Part shown: positions 39,701 through 49,666 of the stretch, piece after piece
Layout: the number at the start of each line of letters is the position of its first letter
Position numbering within the stretch: position 1 is the stretch's first letter
NCBI GenBank assembly: GCA_965262615.1
Contig: OZ253545.1
Location: 928,001 to 992,000, forward strand
Direction of reading: 5' to 3'
DNA from: Alphaproteobacteria bacterium
Lineage (GTDB): Bacteria; Pseudomonadota; Alphaproteobacteria; GM7ARS4; G965262615
DNA length: 64,000 nucleotides
The notes under the pieces: generated by a model
What the model was told of the DNA's origin: nothing
The model's database searches: none
Seen by the model: only the letters and a program-made list of their open reading frames with translations
Made by a program: the position numbers and the translations under genes

Positions 39701-40494
39701 GTCGCTTCATGCTCACGGGAGGCATTCGCTGGCGTCCTGTGGACGAGACCGATTTCACATTCACGCTGGCGGGACAATATCAATCATCTCATCATCAAAG
39801 TGACACCGATGCGGTGGGAGAGAGCGCGGGCGTGGGGCATCATGTGCGAGCGGCAGCCGCACTGTCTCATGATTGGTTGCTGGATGACGCGCTCTATGAT
39901 GTCATGGTGGGAATCGTGGGAGGCTACAGTCAGTATGATATTGACAGGCGCATGAATGCCGCCGAGAATGTCACCATGGGGGCGCGCGGGAAGGCAAACA
40001 TTGCAACGGTGGGGGCGCGCGCAGGCAATAGCATTCGCTTTGCCCTGTCTCATTGGTTTATAGAGCCATTTGCTCACTATGATTGGACTCACATTCGTTT
40101 TGGTCAATTGGATGAGACGGGCGATACACTGGCACTCTCTGTGGGGGCGATCAATGATTGGATGCAGACGGTATCGGCGGGACTCAAAGTGGGCGCGCGC
40201 TTTGAAATCGGAGGCGGACAACTCATTGAATCGGATGTGACGGTCAGCTTTTCTCGTCTGCTTCATCACAAAGAACAGCGTGATTCCAATCAATTATTAC
40301 TGTTGGATGACTCCATTGTGGCAGGTGACATGATGAACGGATTTTACACCACCCCCAACATGTTGTTTGTCTCGGCTGGATGGAAGCTGCTGGGCAGTGA
40401 GGATATTATTGGCTCTTTGACCTATGATGGCGTTGTGCCTCTGACACAACACAAGGTGACCAGTCATTCGGGACGCTTGCAGCTGTATTTTTAA
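36787..40494 (+). CDS. Autotransporter (type Va) adhesin-like protein
   Basis: Signal peptide, NxGxI beta-helix-type repeats, C-terminal amphipathic beta-strands ending in LQLYF. Start chosen at MTQYK. Confidence 0.85.
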   Translation: MTQYKKWLAGMVALSVMPSGAHGLPDKCAISSDANDNNKVTINCEGNHSLGITESDMMTGTTPAQWGEVTINLRNLTHDINTVASRKTAILFGYDLGPTTGNIIVNNQIHDATRHTITGYEEGLFIAGNSGGTVTLNNAGTISITGGRGDAVELNAPQGSHLVNTGRIIGMGTNSNGVQLDQSLGDGALSLVNRNLIETRGDGGRAVHFNMLSARSQTAGAVTIHNESGGVIRTQADRVSYYLPEAVIIPISRTFSTVTLENAGLIEAIGSGGSGVDIVSRDNQGESVTVLNKSGGRIHASGDLYEDPQGRHYDANGVQIIMKQQAVAITVENGETNAPKDSSIIATGTGGRGVYVQVDGNKAGGDVMIRNHARGTIATRLPRGLTLLTQGDNPDRSDAIRIEAPSSAGAMTVDNAGLIEAWRNGGHGVSAILTSGTGGGFSLTNRAGATIDTRGALQDTIGSDAVYISAVSGGKAMTVDNSGTIRAGGSHSRAVSILMSRSTGDATITNRATGIMSTVPYPTSPTTSSTIAEHGIYIDAKNATGDVSVTNQGHIEVGHQNSDGIYIDAASSTGDVSVIHEGALVLHDETSTATTIKGGSSAIELRYKRNAVMALLADGHDLNLLSLTGGSTATNDPNDITIESFVGMEGGIKTGAGVERLTIEKDATLIMTSLDMGTGNDRIVVNGTLGLLPRTYNNVETLSQGATGRLYFLQASQKSHADFGSAALTLAGDIVLGDDFEMLVGDDDVILETDGRLNVDDLDPVLQFASDSAVHNQYSWTSQSHTVSVARDFRFVSDSSVVGERLTSVARYLDEVIAATKGDSLSAANKLALKRMATAIADEAATSGFQDGLNVVSGAVYGAINEFAYQSHQSFMRQIFDDPCHLPVADRVVDVEGSQSFLLFDGDGESIAVGGVQPLPDSLRNKEEVDDVDDPVVLWDTAPHRSCEFIAFGGGVTQSKNSQESAGFDEYSRFMLTGGIRWRPVDETDFTFTLAGQYQSSHHQSDTDAVGESAGVGHHVRAAAALSHDWLLDDALYDVMVGIVGGYSQYDIDRRMNAAENVTMGARGKANIATVGARAGNSIRFALSHWFIEPFAHYDWTHIRFGQLDETGDTLALSVGAINDWMQTVSAGLKVGARFEIGGGQLIESDVTVSFSRLLHHKEQRDSNQLLLLDDSIVAGDMMNGFYTTPNMLFVSAGWKLLGSEDIIGSLTYDGVVPLTQHKVTSHSGRLQLYF

Positions 40495-40605
40495 AAGGGA
40501 CTCATATACAATCTGACCCAAACGCGGCATCATCCCAAAAAAATGGAGTTGATGACCCCTATGCCCCCTCGACCAAACGGGGGGCGTGGTGCATGTAGGT
40601 TGTTT

Positions 40606-40977
40606 TTACCTTCCGCAATATTTAGACCATGCACGCCCAAAATCGGATACTTCACTCTCAAGAAATGTTGCATACACTGTGCCAGAAGAAAGAAAACGCT
40701 GAAAGCCAGTATAGCCCCCAAAAGAATTCTTAGAATTTACCTCACCACAAGCAACAGGAACTTTATTAGGGCTACGATAGAGAAAAACATTTCTAAATTT
40801 TGCTGAATCTGGATCTTTCAGTTTCTCTCTAACCATTTTTTTCCCGAATTCCATCCATGTGAAATCATCTATCTTATCGAAATCACGCGTCATATCCCTA
40901 CCAAAACTATCATTGTTTGAACCTATAGCCATCATCAATAAAACAATAGCAAAAAGCACTGCATATCTTAACTGCAT
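40606..40977 (-). CDS. Small exported hypothetical protein
   Basis: GAGG RBS, signal peptide, and LKDPDSAKFRNV...CGEVNSKNSFGGYTGFQRF, a motif widespread in mobile-region proteins. Confidence 0.75.
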   Translation of the reverse strand: MQLRYAVLFAIVLLMMAIGSNNDSFGRDMTRDFDKIDDFTWMEFGKKMVREKLKDPDSAKFRNVFLYRSPNKVPVACGEVNSKNSFGGYTGFQRFLSSGTVYATFLESEVSDFGRAWSKYCGR

Positions 40978-41302
40978 AATTCCGTCCTCTTGATGCGAGC
41001 CGTGATTATAGTATTGGTCTCTCAATTTGTAAAGAGCGATATTAGGCGGTGTGCGAAGAGTCATCCCCGACAAACAAAAATGGGGGTGATAATCGCTATG
41101 AGTGGTATTGTAATTTAATAACGGAAACTCCCTCGCGTCCATCCATTGACATAAGGTGGTGTGAAGCGTCTGGCATCTTTGGCGGGAAACCGTGCCGATG
41201 GTTCGAATCTCGCACCGTCCGCCGATTGCCGAAAAGACTGCGTAAAAATTATAATTCTTGGAGTGGTAGCAAACTTTCACCTAACAATGTATATGGTTTT
41301 GG

Positions 41303-42139
41303 ATGAGCGTTGTTTTTTACAAAATGTGTTTCTTTGTTGGCGATAAAATCGCCTCAAACCAAGACCTAAATTCTGTTTTTGAGAACAATGTTTTGGAGAA
41401 AAAACCAGAAAGTTTTCCGTTCAACAATGCCTCCCATGTCCTTCAAAAGGAAATCATTGATGATAGATATTTTTGGTTCTACGCCAAGCACGGCACACCA
41501 ATCCCTCATAGCCCAACTGTTTTTAACAAGAAAAGCGAGAAGGAAGAAAACAACCCAAGAACGATAGAGCAGGTAGAAACAAACAAGCAATTGTTTGTCC
41601 TCTACAATCAAGATAATAGTATTCTTTATGTATCAAATACAGCAAAGAGAAAATTTCTTGAAGAATATTTCACAACAAAATTAGTAAAGAATGTTGTTAT
41701 TAAGGCTTCAGTCAAAGGTGTAAAGGAATTTCTTGCACAAGTAAGAAAAATAAACAGTGTGCAAATCTTTTACAAAAGAAGCATCTTCAACAACCCTAAT
41801 AAACACAGAAAAATGACAGAGATATTTCCAGAAAGCCAAGAGTTTTATGGTCTTGAAGGAGAGCCTGAATACACTCTAAAGGCAAAGTTTCGTCTCGCGC
41901 CCGTTACATCAGGGTTCGTTGACTTCATTCGTCGTGCAATAAAAGCAAAAACTGATGGTGAAATTAATTCTCTGATTTGTTTCGGTAAAGATGACCAAAA
42001 TGAACTAGCTATTCTCAATAGTGACTGCTTCATCCAAAACCTTTCTATTGAGCTAAACACAGACGAGGAAGGATTTTACAACCCGATTGATGTCAAATCG
42101 TCTCTTATCGATAAAATCGAAAGCACGAAAGATGCATAA
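41303..42139 (+). CDS. Hypothetical soluble protein (278 aa)
   Basis: Long AT-rich ORF overlapping the next start; no motif recognised. Confidence 0.7.
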   Translation: MSVVFYKMCFFVGDKIASNQDLNSVFENNVLEKKPESFPFNNASHVLQKEIIDDRYFWFYAKHGTPIPHSPTVFNKKSEKEENNPRTIEQVETNKQLFVLYNQDNSILYVSNTAKRKFLEEYFTTKLVKNVVIKASVKGVKEFLAQVRKINSVQIFYKRSIFNNPNKHRKMTEIFPESQEFYGLEGEPEYTLKAKFRLAPVTSGFVDFIRRAIKAKTDGEINSLICFGKDDQNELAILNSDCFIQNLSIELNTDEEGFYNPIDVKSSLIDKIESTKDA

Positions 42140-42635
42140 AGACCACAAAAGAATATCTTGGGCAATACTCATTGCCATCTTCTTAATTGCTTGCTCTGCA
42201 AAAGTGCAAATGACTGACACCACAGCGCAGAGCCTTGTGACATTTTTTTCTATCCTATTTGGTTTTTACATGACATCATTGACCATATTCTATAAATCTT
42301 CCTACATAAAGGAACTCTATAAAACCATTGACCAAGAAAGAAAACGAAGAAGAACCTACATACTCAAAAGGTATCTTCAAAGGATTAGCGAGTGCTTGAT
42401 ATCTTCTATCAGCTGCGTCTTCTTTTTTATGATGTTTGCCACAAGGAACGCGGACGGAATTTTGAGTGTGGATTTACACCCCTTCGTTTTGCCTTTGATT
42501 GAGATAACAATTGATTTTGATTTCAATTTGCTTGTGGTTTCCCTCATTTTTGCAATGGCTGCTCTGAACATTTTTTACATGTTGCTGATAATAAACGAAG
42601 TCATCAAAGCCGTTGATACAGAAGCAAAAAACTAA
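42132..42635 (+). CDS. Hypothetical membrane protein (~4 TM)
   Basis: LVTFFSILFGFYMTSLTIF and further hydrophobic helices. 8-bp overlap with the upstream gene. Confidence 0.72.
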   Translation: MHKDHKRISWAILIAIFLIACSAKVQMTDTTAQSLVTFFSILFGFYMTSLTIFYKSSYIKELYKTIDQERKRRRTYILKRYLQRISECLISSISCVFFFMMFATRNADGILSVDLHPFVLPLIEITIDFDFNLLVVSLIFAMAALNIFYMLLIINEVIKAVDTEAKN

Positions 42636-42873
42636 ATCAACGCCCCACCCCACAACCATCTTTCTTATTGTCGCCGCCACTGCTACACTCACATCAAAGA
42701 CAAATCTGGCGAGATCGCACAAAGCGATCCCGCCACTGATGACTTACCCTGTCATTGCACCGATTTTGTATATTAAGTCCCTTTTAAAAAATGTAACGAA
42801 TTGATTGCATCTGTTACATAAGGGATGCAAGACAGTTTTCCATCATTGATGTTCGTCTCATAGGGAGATGGAC

Positions 42874-45800
42874 ATGAAAAGAAATCTCATCAATTGTCTC
42901 TGGGCATCAATGGTGTTGATGGGCATGGTTATGCCTCATTCTGCCGAAGCTGACCCTGACTATTGCACCGCGACGCGTCAAATCATTGATGGCAACGCGC
43001 ATTTTCGCATTACCTGCAAGGATAATGGTAGTGACGAGTGGAATAAACACACCACAGAGGGATTTAAGAACGAGCATCATCTGGGAAACATTCCCAATAC
43101 CACTTCTAACGAATTTACTCGTGTGGATCATGTGTATGTTGATATTAAGGATTTGGGCAATACAAGCGTCCATAACACCAATGGCAGTGTGATTAATTTG
43201 AGTCATGACTTTGGCGGCACACTGGAAGTGCGGCGGCACTGGGATGAGCCAACGACTGATCATAAAGCCTTCAATGCGGTTAATAAGGAGTCGGCTCATG
43301 GCATTGAGTTTGCCCAGAGCACGGGTCATGGCATCATTCGCACCAAAGGGGACATCACCACCAATGGCGCATCGTCTCATGGCATTATTGGCAAAGCCAG
43401 CAAGGGCAAATTATTGATTGAATCGGCGGGTGACATCACAGCCAATGGCAGTGGCTCTCATGGCATCACCGCTGAGGGGCGTGATGCGGTGAAGGTGGTC
43501 AATTCCAGTGACATCGTTGCCAAAGGGGCATCATCGCACGGCGTTCATATGGTGTGGTCATCCGATAGCGGCACGCCTGCCGCCACGCGCTATGATGGAG
43601 GAATGGCGGATGTCACCACCATGACACTGGTCAATAAAGCGGGCGCCACCATCACCGCCAATGACAGTGCCTCGCACGGCGTCCATATGGATCACAGAAA
43701 CTCAAAAGGCGATGCCACGATAGAGAATAAAGGAACAATTGAAGCCAAAGGAAATGGGGCTTATGGAATTTATGTGCACAGTCAGCGGGCAGGTCATGAT
43801 GTGAGCATTGTCAATGAAGGCACTGTGAAGGCATCAAGCGGTTCGGCACACGCCATTCATGTGAATCATGTCGCCGCACTGGGCAAGGTTTCTGTTGACA
43901 ACAAGGGCACCATTGAGGCGAGCGGTGATGAAAATCATCTCATTTATGTGCAGGGTAAAGATTCAAAAGATAACATCACGCTTACCAACAGTGGCACGAT
44001 GACGGTGGCGGGAGATGAGGCTCATGTTTTGTATGTGGATGGCACTGAGTCAACGGGTTTGATTACCCTTCATAACAAAACGGGGGGCAGTGTCGTCACT
44101 TCATCTGATGAGAGTCATGCCATGTATGTGAAGGCACACTCATCACGCTCCAACATTGTTCTCACCAATCAGGGCACGGCGCGCGCTTCGGGTGAAGATT
44201 CCCACGCCATGTATGTGGATGGGACATCGTCATTGCAGAACATCAGTGTGACCAATGAAGGCACGGTGAGCAGTCATACGGATGGCGACCATAGCATGTA
44301 TGTGAATGGCGCACAGACGCGAGGTCAAATTGATCTCGTCAATCAAGGCAGTGTGAGCAGTTCGGTGGCGGAGTCTCACGGCATGTATCTGGATGGCAGT
44401 GGCGCGCGAGGCAGACTCTCAATTCTCAATGCTCGCCAGGGCACGGTGGTCACATCGGCTGACGATAGCCACGCCGCTTATATCAAAGCTTCGTCATCTC
44501 AGAACAACACTTCGTTGATTAATTTTGGGACACTGCGGGTGTCCGGTGAGGACTCCCATGCCATGTATCTGGATGGCGAGGGGGCGACAGGCACGCTGGG
44601 TGCGTTCAATTATAACACCGTGACCAGTCAAACAAGCGGTGGTCATGGGATGCATGTGAACAGCAAAAGGGCGAGAGGCAGAATATATGTGACCAACGAG
44701 GGCACGGTGACCAGTTCGGTGGCGGGGTCTCATGGCATGTATGTCAATGCCACCGAGGCAAGAGGCAATGTTATTTTTAGCAACACGACCAATGCTCGTG
44801 TGACGGCATCGGCTGCTGATAGTCATGCCGTTTATGTGGATGCCATGCTGGGCACTCATGATATTTCTCTGACCAATGATGGTGCGTTGACGGCGGGGAC
44901 ATCATCGTCTCATGCGGTGCATGTGGATGGTCGCAGTGGCACTGGGGCGATGAGTCTGACCAATCGCGGCACGATGACGGCGGGAGCGGCGGGGCATCAT
45001 GCACTGTATGTGACGGCAGCCAATCGCACCGGCATCATCACACTGACCAACAGAGGAACGATTCAAGCGACAGGCAATAATTCCAATGGCATTCATGTGA
45101 CGGCAGATTCGCAACAAAGCGGGGTGACGGTGCATCACGAAAGCGGCGCACGGCTCACCAAAACAGGACAAGGACATGGCATCTATGTGCGGGCGCAAGG
45201 AGGCAAAGGAGCGATCACGGTGCGTCATCATGGCATCACCAATGCGGCGGTGGGACAGGCAACCGGAGATGGTATTCACATTGATGCCACCAATGGCAAT
45301 GGCGCAGTGACTGTGGAACACAAGGGAACGCTCAATATTTCGCAAAACGGACGCGCCATTGCGGTGAAATCCGGCAAGGGACGCATTCAGGTGACTTTTG
45401 ACAAAAATTCCACCATCAGTCGTCCTCAGTCGGCGGGAACGGCGTTGAGTGCCAGTTCTGCTCCTCGTTATTTTGCTGATATAGAGGGCGGCAGTCGCGA
45501 TCAGCTGCAGCCCAACATGGTGGTGCTCAATGGCAACACGCAAGGAGCGTTTCGCAGCACCAATGGGCATGACACCCTCTATATTGCCGATGACACCGCG
45601 TCTCTTGATTTGACAGGAGCTGAATTTGGTGGTGGTCACGATCGCATAATTAATAGAGGAAGTCTCACTATGAAGGCGGGCACTCGTATCAGCGGTCTTG
45701 ATTATTTTCGCCAATTGCCCACAGGCACTCTCACGGTGGACATGCAAAATGGTGACAAGGACGGCATGGTGATTATCGGCTCGGCGGGCATGATTGAAGG

Positions 45801-47283
45801 CGGGGTGATGGTTGATAATTTTGATTTTAATCAAGTGAAGAAAGGCAAGCCCATCTATATTGTGCGCACCGATGGCGGCATGACCTATAATCCCGATGCT
45901 GATCTTGCCAGCGTTGTGCTGAAATTTAGAGATTTCCTTTGCCGTTTTGGCAGCTGTCCGGTGTTGCTGGGCGATGAGAGCGGCTCATTGGTGAGCGATG
46001 AAGGCGGTCGTTCAGCCTTGACGCTGTCTGACCATACCGATGTGATGCGTGTGACAAGTGGTGGCAAGGACTATCTGGTGCGGATGGGCTCGTTGGGCAT
46101 TTCGGTTCTGGCGGATGATGATTTTGCGAGATACAGTTCTTCTTTGACACCTCGCCAGCGCGCCATTGCCAATTATCTGGATGCCATCAGTTCGGACAAT
46201 CCGTCATGGTTGAATCAAATGCTGGAGAACAATTTTTTGTCGCTTCGGCATGATGATGGCTATGGTGCGGCATTGGATCAATGGGGCGGTTTGGTGTATC
46301 GGGTGTTGCCTCATTCCATGATGGATGGCGATCGGCGTTTTGCCACCGATTTGCACCGCCGTGATGTCTGTGACGATGATGACACCCGTCGCAAGGGCAA
46401 GCGTCAGCGCAGTCGTGTTGGTTTGGTGTGTGCCACCCTTGATATGAAGGGCAGCTACTTCAAAAGAAATGGTGACAGCGAGCATCTGGCTTTTACCGAA
46501 TCCGGTTTGATTGTTGATTTTTTATCGGTGCTTCATTTTGCTCACGAATGGTCAATGGAGTATGGATTTTCCTATTCGTTCAATGACGGTGAGGATGATA
46601 TGGCTTCGTCTTGGAAGCGTCATCGTCTGCAGGGCTTGGTGGGCTTGCGTCATGAGAATCGTTTGAGTTCATCTGTGACATGGCAATCGTTTGCGGGTCT
46701 TGTGGCGGGCATGGATTTTCATGATGTGCAGCGTTCCTTTTCGCAAACGAATTGGCGGATGGTGACGGCATCACCGAAAACGGAATCGGTGAGCGGACAT
46801 GGTCGCACGGGATTTGTGCAGCAAGCATCATCCTTTTCATGGGGGGGCGCGATGGATATTCGTCTTGGACAGGTGAGCAGCAATTCCTTCACTGAAGAAG
46901 GGAGTGCGGCGGTGGCATGGGAATTTGCCAATCAATCCAACAATTTTGGCGACATTGGCATCTCGCTGTTTTATGAGGACGGCGAGGCTGAACACGGACA
47001 CCAATCTCATGGCTTCGCTGACGAATTCAAGCCCTTTGTGACGGTGGGGGCGTATTATCAGTTCATGGGACGGGATGTCTCACTGGACGGTCGCCTGAGG
47101 GGAAGTCGCAGTGAGGCTGTGTTGAGTCTCACCGATGAGCGCGCCGCCATGACGGTGGATGCCGATGTGGGCATGAATTTTCAGTATAGCGATATGGATG
47201 TGAATCTGCGTTATCAATCAAGCTACGGCTTTGTGGGGGCTCTTTCAATGAGTCATCGGGGCGTTTTTGCGGTTCGTTTTTGA
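42874..47283 (+). CDS. Autotransporter (type Va) with His-ladder beta-helix repeats
   Basis: Signal peptide, many ~28-aa repeats N.GTV.....SH(G/A)(M/I)(Y/H)V, beta-barrel ending in FAVRF. Confidence 0.87.
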   Translation: MKRNLINCLWASMVLMGMVMPHSAEADPDYCTATRQIIDGNAHFRITCKDNGSDEWNKHTTEGFKNEHHLGNIPNTTSNEFTRVDHVYVDIKDLGNTSVHNTNGSVINLSHDFGGTLEVRRHWDEPTTDHKAFNAVNKESAHGIEFAQSTGHGIIRTKGDITTNGASSHGIIGKASKGKLLIESAGDITANGSGSHGITAEGRDAVKVVNSSDIVAKGASSHGVHMVWSSDSGTPAATRYDGGMADVTTMTLVNKAGATITANDSASHGVHMDHRNSKGDATIENKGTIEAKGNGAYGIYVHSQRAGHDVSIVNEGTVKASSGSAHAIHVNHVAALGKVSVDNKGTIEASGDENHLIYVQGKDSKDNITLTNSGTMTVAGDEAHVLYVDGTESTGLITLHNKTGGSVVTSSDESHAMYVKAHSSRSNIVLTNQGTARASGEDSHAMYVDGTSSLQNISVTNEGTVSSHTDGDHSMYVNGAQTRGQIDLVNQGSVSSSVAESHGMYLDGSGARGRLSILNARQGTVVTSADDSHAAYIKASSSQNNTSLINFGTLRVSGEDSHAMYLDGEGATGTLGAFNYNTVTSQTSGGHGMHVNSKRARGRIYVTNEGTVTSSVAGSHGMYVNATEARGNVIFSNTTNARVTASAADSHAVYVDAMLGTHDISLTNDGALTAGTSSSHAVHVDGRSGTGAMSLTNRGTMTAGAAGHHALYVTAANRTGIITLTNRGTIQATGNNSNGIHVTADSQQSGVTVHHESGARLTKTGQGHGIYVRAQGGKGAITVRHHGITNAAVGQATGDGIHIDATNGNGAVTVEHKGTLNISQNGRAIAVKSGKGRIQVTFDKNSTISRPQSAGTALSASSAPRYFADIEGGSRDQLQPNMVVLNGNTQGAFRSTNGHDTLYIADDTASLDLTGAEFGGGHDRIINRGSLTMKAGTRISGLDYFRQLPTGTLTVDMQNGDKDGMVIIGSAGMIEGGVMVDNFDFNQVKKGKPIYIVRTDGGMTYNPDADLASVVLKFRDFLCRFGSCPVLLGDESGSLVSDEGGRSALTLSDHTDVMRVTSGGKDYLVRMGSLGISVLADDDFARYSSSLTPRQRAIANYLDAISSDNPSWLNQMLENNFLSLRHDDGYGAALDQWGGLVYRVLPHSMMDGDRRFATDLHRRDVCDDDDTRRKGKRQRSRVGLVCATLDMKGSYFKRNGDSEHLAFTESGLIVDFLSVLHFAHEWSMEYGFSYSFNDGEDDMASSWKRHRLQGLVGLRHENRLSSSVTWQSFAGLVAGMDFHDVQRSFSQTNWRMVTASPKTESVSGHGRTGFVQQASSFSWGGAMDIRLGQVSSNSFTEEGSAAVAWEFANQSNNFGDIGISLFYEDGEAEHGHQSHGFADEFKPFVTVGAYYQFMGRDVSLDGRLRGSRSEAVLSLTDERAAMTVDADVGMNFQYSDMDVNLRYQSSYGFVGALSMSHRGVFAVRF

Positions 47284-47556
47284 GGAAAGAAAAAAAGCGG
47301 CTTGCCGTTTTTTTTGCAATGAGCTGATGGTCTGTCTGCCTTTCTCGGAACGCAGCCAATGAGCAAAACAAAAAGCTTGATAACGATGTGGATGTGAATG
47401 TGCGTTATCAAGCAAGCTATTCGTTATCAAGCAAACTATTCATCGTGGCGTTTTTGCGGTTCGTTTTTGAGGAAAGAAAAACATTGGCTCGCCGTTTTTT
47501 TGCAATGAGCCGATGGTCTGTCTGCCTTTCTCGGAACGCAGCCAATGAGCAAAACA
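47190..47556. repeat. ~190-bp imperfect tandem duplication at the autotransporter/tupA junction
   Basis: 47253-47370 recurs at 47440-47556, and GGATGTGAAT.TGCGTTATCAA occurs in both units. Confidence 0.9.
47290..47315. terminator. Putative bidirectional intrinsic terminator
   Basis: A7-GCGG-CTTG-CCGT-T7 between convergent genes; the stem is short. Confidence 0.5.
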
Positions 47557-48270
47557 CAATGCCTGTTCATAGCGCACATGAGGATGCAGCACAGGATGGG
47601 TGATGAGAATGCTGTATTGATTGGGAACGGCATCGGTCATGGCGATGCGGAGGTGTTGTGGTTCAAACCGATGCCATGTGGCACTGTCACTGATTGTGTA
47701 GGCATTGAGTTCGTTTGCCATCGTGAGAGTCGCTCCCATGCCTTGCCCACTGGTGAGATAATGCTCTTGGGTGTGCTGGGTGATGCCCGCCTCTTGCCAT
47801 AGCATCTGTTCCCGATGGTGCGTGCCGCTCTGGTCGCCACGGGAGAGAAAAACGCCGCACGAGGCGAGTCGTTGCAGAGCTTCTGACATGGAAGAACTTG
47901 TTGCGGTGGCGCACGGGTCATCGTGAGGGGCGATGAGAAGGAAGTGATTCATCATGATGAATTGACGAAAGGCAAATGCTCCTTGTTCTAACAGCTGCTG
48001 TTCTGCCGCTGGATGATGACTGATGACACCGTCACTGTCGCCTCTGGCGGCAATGCGCAATGATTGACCACTGCCAGCGATGAGAAAAGAGATATCAATG
48101 GCGGTGTCTTGTTCAAATGCGTCTTCAATGCGTTGCCGCAAGCCCGAATTTTCAAAGGATGTGGTGGCGGCAATCAGCAGGGAGGCATTGTCGGAACGAG
48201 GGCAGTGATGATGGATGCCATGCAGGCTCACGGGCATCATCAGCAGTAGTAGGGCAAAGAGTTTTGTCAT
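47440..48270 (-). CDS. tupA: Tungstate ABC transporter substrate-binding protein
   Basis: ATTSFENSGL (TTTS-like), GSGQSL, FLSRGDQSGTH and GQGMGATL. Confidence 0.85.
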   Translation of the reverse strand: MTKLFALLLLMMPVSLHGIHHHCPRSDNASLLIAATTSFENSGLRQRIEDAFEQDTAIDISFLIAGSGQSLRIAARGDSDGVISHHPAAEQQLLEQGAFAFRQFIMMNHFLLIAPHDDPCATATSSSMSEALQRLASCGVFLSRGDQSGTHHREQMLWQEAGITQHTQEHYLTSGQGMGATLTMANELNAYTISDSATWHRFEPQHLRIAMTDAVPNQYSILITHPVLHPHVRYEQALCFAHWLRSEKGRQTIGSLQKNGEPMFFFPQKRTAKTPR

Positions 48271-48977
48271 GACAAAAGTTCTCCTGTGAGAAATTGGTGA
48301 GCGGCGTGGCTGTGCGGCTCTGTGAAAAATTGACGAGCGGGTGTGTGTTCCCATAGCCGTCCATTGTGAATGAAGAGGACATCATCGGCAAGGCGTTTTG
48401 CCTGTGCGCCATCATGGGTAGTCATGATGATAGTGCTTTGGTGTTTGAGGGAGTGAAGGGTTTGTTCAATCAGGTGGGTGCTGTGATGGTCAAGGGTGGC
48501 GGTGGGTTCGTCCAGCAGCAGGGTTTGCGGTTTGACGATGGTGGCGCGCAGCAGGGCGATGATGTGCTGTTGTCCCAATGACAATTGATGGGCGGGTCTA
48601 AAGGCAAGGTGGGTGAGTCCCACGGTTGCGAGGTGGTGCGATGCGCGCTCATATCGCTCGCGCCGTGCCACGCCTTTGAGAGCCAGAGGAAATGTCAGAT
48701 TGGCGATGACCGAGCGGTGCAACAAAGAGGCTTTTTGAAAAACCATAGATTGATGATGTCTGGCTTGAGGTGCAGCAACGCCATTCCATGATATGTCCCC
48801 GGTGCTGGGTGATAACAAGCCATGCAGCAGGGCAAGGGTCAGACTTTTGCCCGCGCCATTGGGTCCCATCACAATGGTGATGCCTTGCTGCTCAATGGTG
48901 AGGGAGATGTCATGAATGAGGGTCACGCCATGAAGGTCAAAGGAGACATGGCGCGCAATGCACGGCAATTGATTCAT
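48267..48977 (-). CDS. tupC: Tungstate ABC transporter ATP-binding protein
   Basis: GPNGAGKS, MVFQ, LLLDEPT and TTHD; sits between tupB and tupA. Confidence 0.82.
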   Translation of the reverse strand: MNQLPCIARHVSFDLHGVTLIHDISLTIEQQGITIVMGPNGAGKSLTLALLHGLLSPSTGDISWNGVAAPQARHHQSMVFQKASLLHRSVIANLTFPLALKGVARRERYERASHHLATVGLTHLAFRPAHQLSLGQQHIIALLRATIVKPQTLLLDEPTATLDHHSTHLIEQTLHSLKHQSTIIMTTHDGAQAKRLADDVLFIHNGRLWEHTPARQFFTEPHSHAAHQFLTGELLS

Positions 48978-49666
48978 GGCAGCAGGGATTGTTGATGGTG
49001 GCTATGGATGTGCATGATGCGCCATGCGAGCCAGTTGATGACAAGGGCGATGAGCAACAGGATGCATCCCAACGCCATGGCGCGTGCGAGGTCTCCTTGA
49101 GCGGTTTCAAGGGCGATGGCGGTGGTCATGACGCGCGTGTGATGGTCAATATTGCCGCCCACAATGGCGACCGCCCCCACTTCCGATATGCCGCGTCCAA
49201 AACCCGCAAGGATGGCGGTGAGCAGATGATGACGCACATCGTGCAGCAGTGTCAGAACCATTTGCATGGGGGATGCTCCCATAGAGACAAGAGGCATGTG
49301 AAGCTGTCGCTCGCGGGCGGCGACCGCCTGATAACAATGAACGGCGACAATGGGAATAATGATGAGCATCTGTGCCATGATCATGGCACTGGGGCTATAG
49401 AGTAATCCTAAAAATCCCAGAGCGCCACTGCGCGACAGCATCAGATAGACCGCCAAGCCCGCCACCACAGGAGGCAATCCCAATAATCCGTGCAGCACAA
49501 CGGTGACGAGGCGGGACGCTCTTGATTGATGCATGGCAAGAAAACAACCCAAAGGCAAAGCAATCACCAAAGAAAAGAGCAGAGCGGTGGTGGTGACTTC
49601 CAGCGAGAGACCAATAATCTCATGCAGGTGGGAGTCGGTGAGCAAAATCAGACTCTCCGTGATCAT
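48974..49666 (-). CDS. tupB: Tungstate ABC transporter permease
   Basis: GLPPVVAGL and GFGRGISEVGAVAIVGGNIDHHTRVMTTAIALET. Confidence 0.88.
   Translation of the reverse strand: MITESLILLTDSHLHEIIGLSLEVTTTALLFSLVIALPLGCFLAMHQSRASRLVTVVLHGLLGLPPVVAGLAVYLMLSRSGALGFLGLLYSPSAMIMAQMLIIIPIVAVHCYQAVAARERQLHMPLVSMGASPMQMVLTLLHDVRHHLLTAILAGFGRGISEVGAVAIVGGNIDHHTRVMTTAIALETAQGDLARAMALGCILLLIALVINWLAWRIMHIHSHHQQSLLP

Noticed and set aside
40563-40585. GC hairpin as a terminator
   Set aside because: Bulged stem without an adjacent T-tract; too weak to call.
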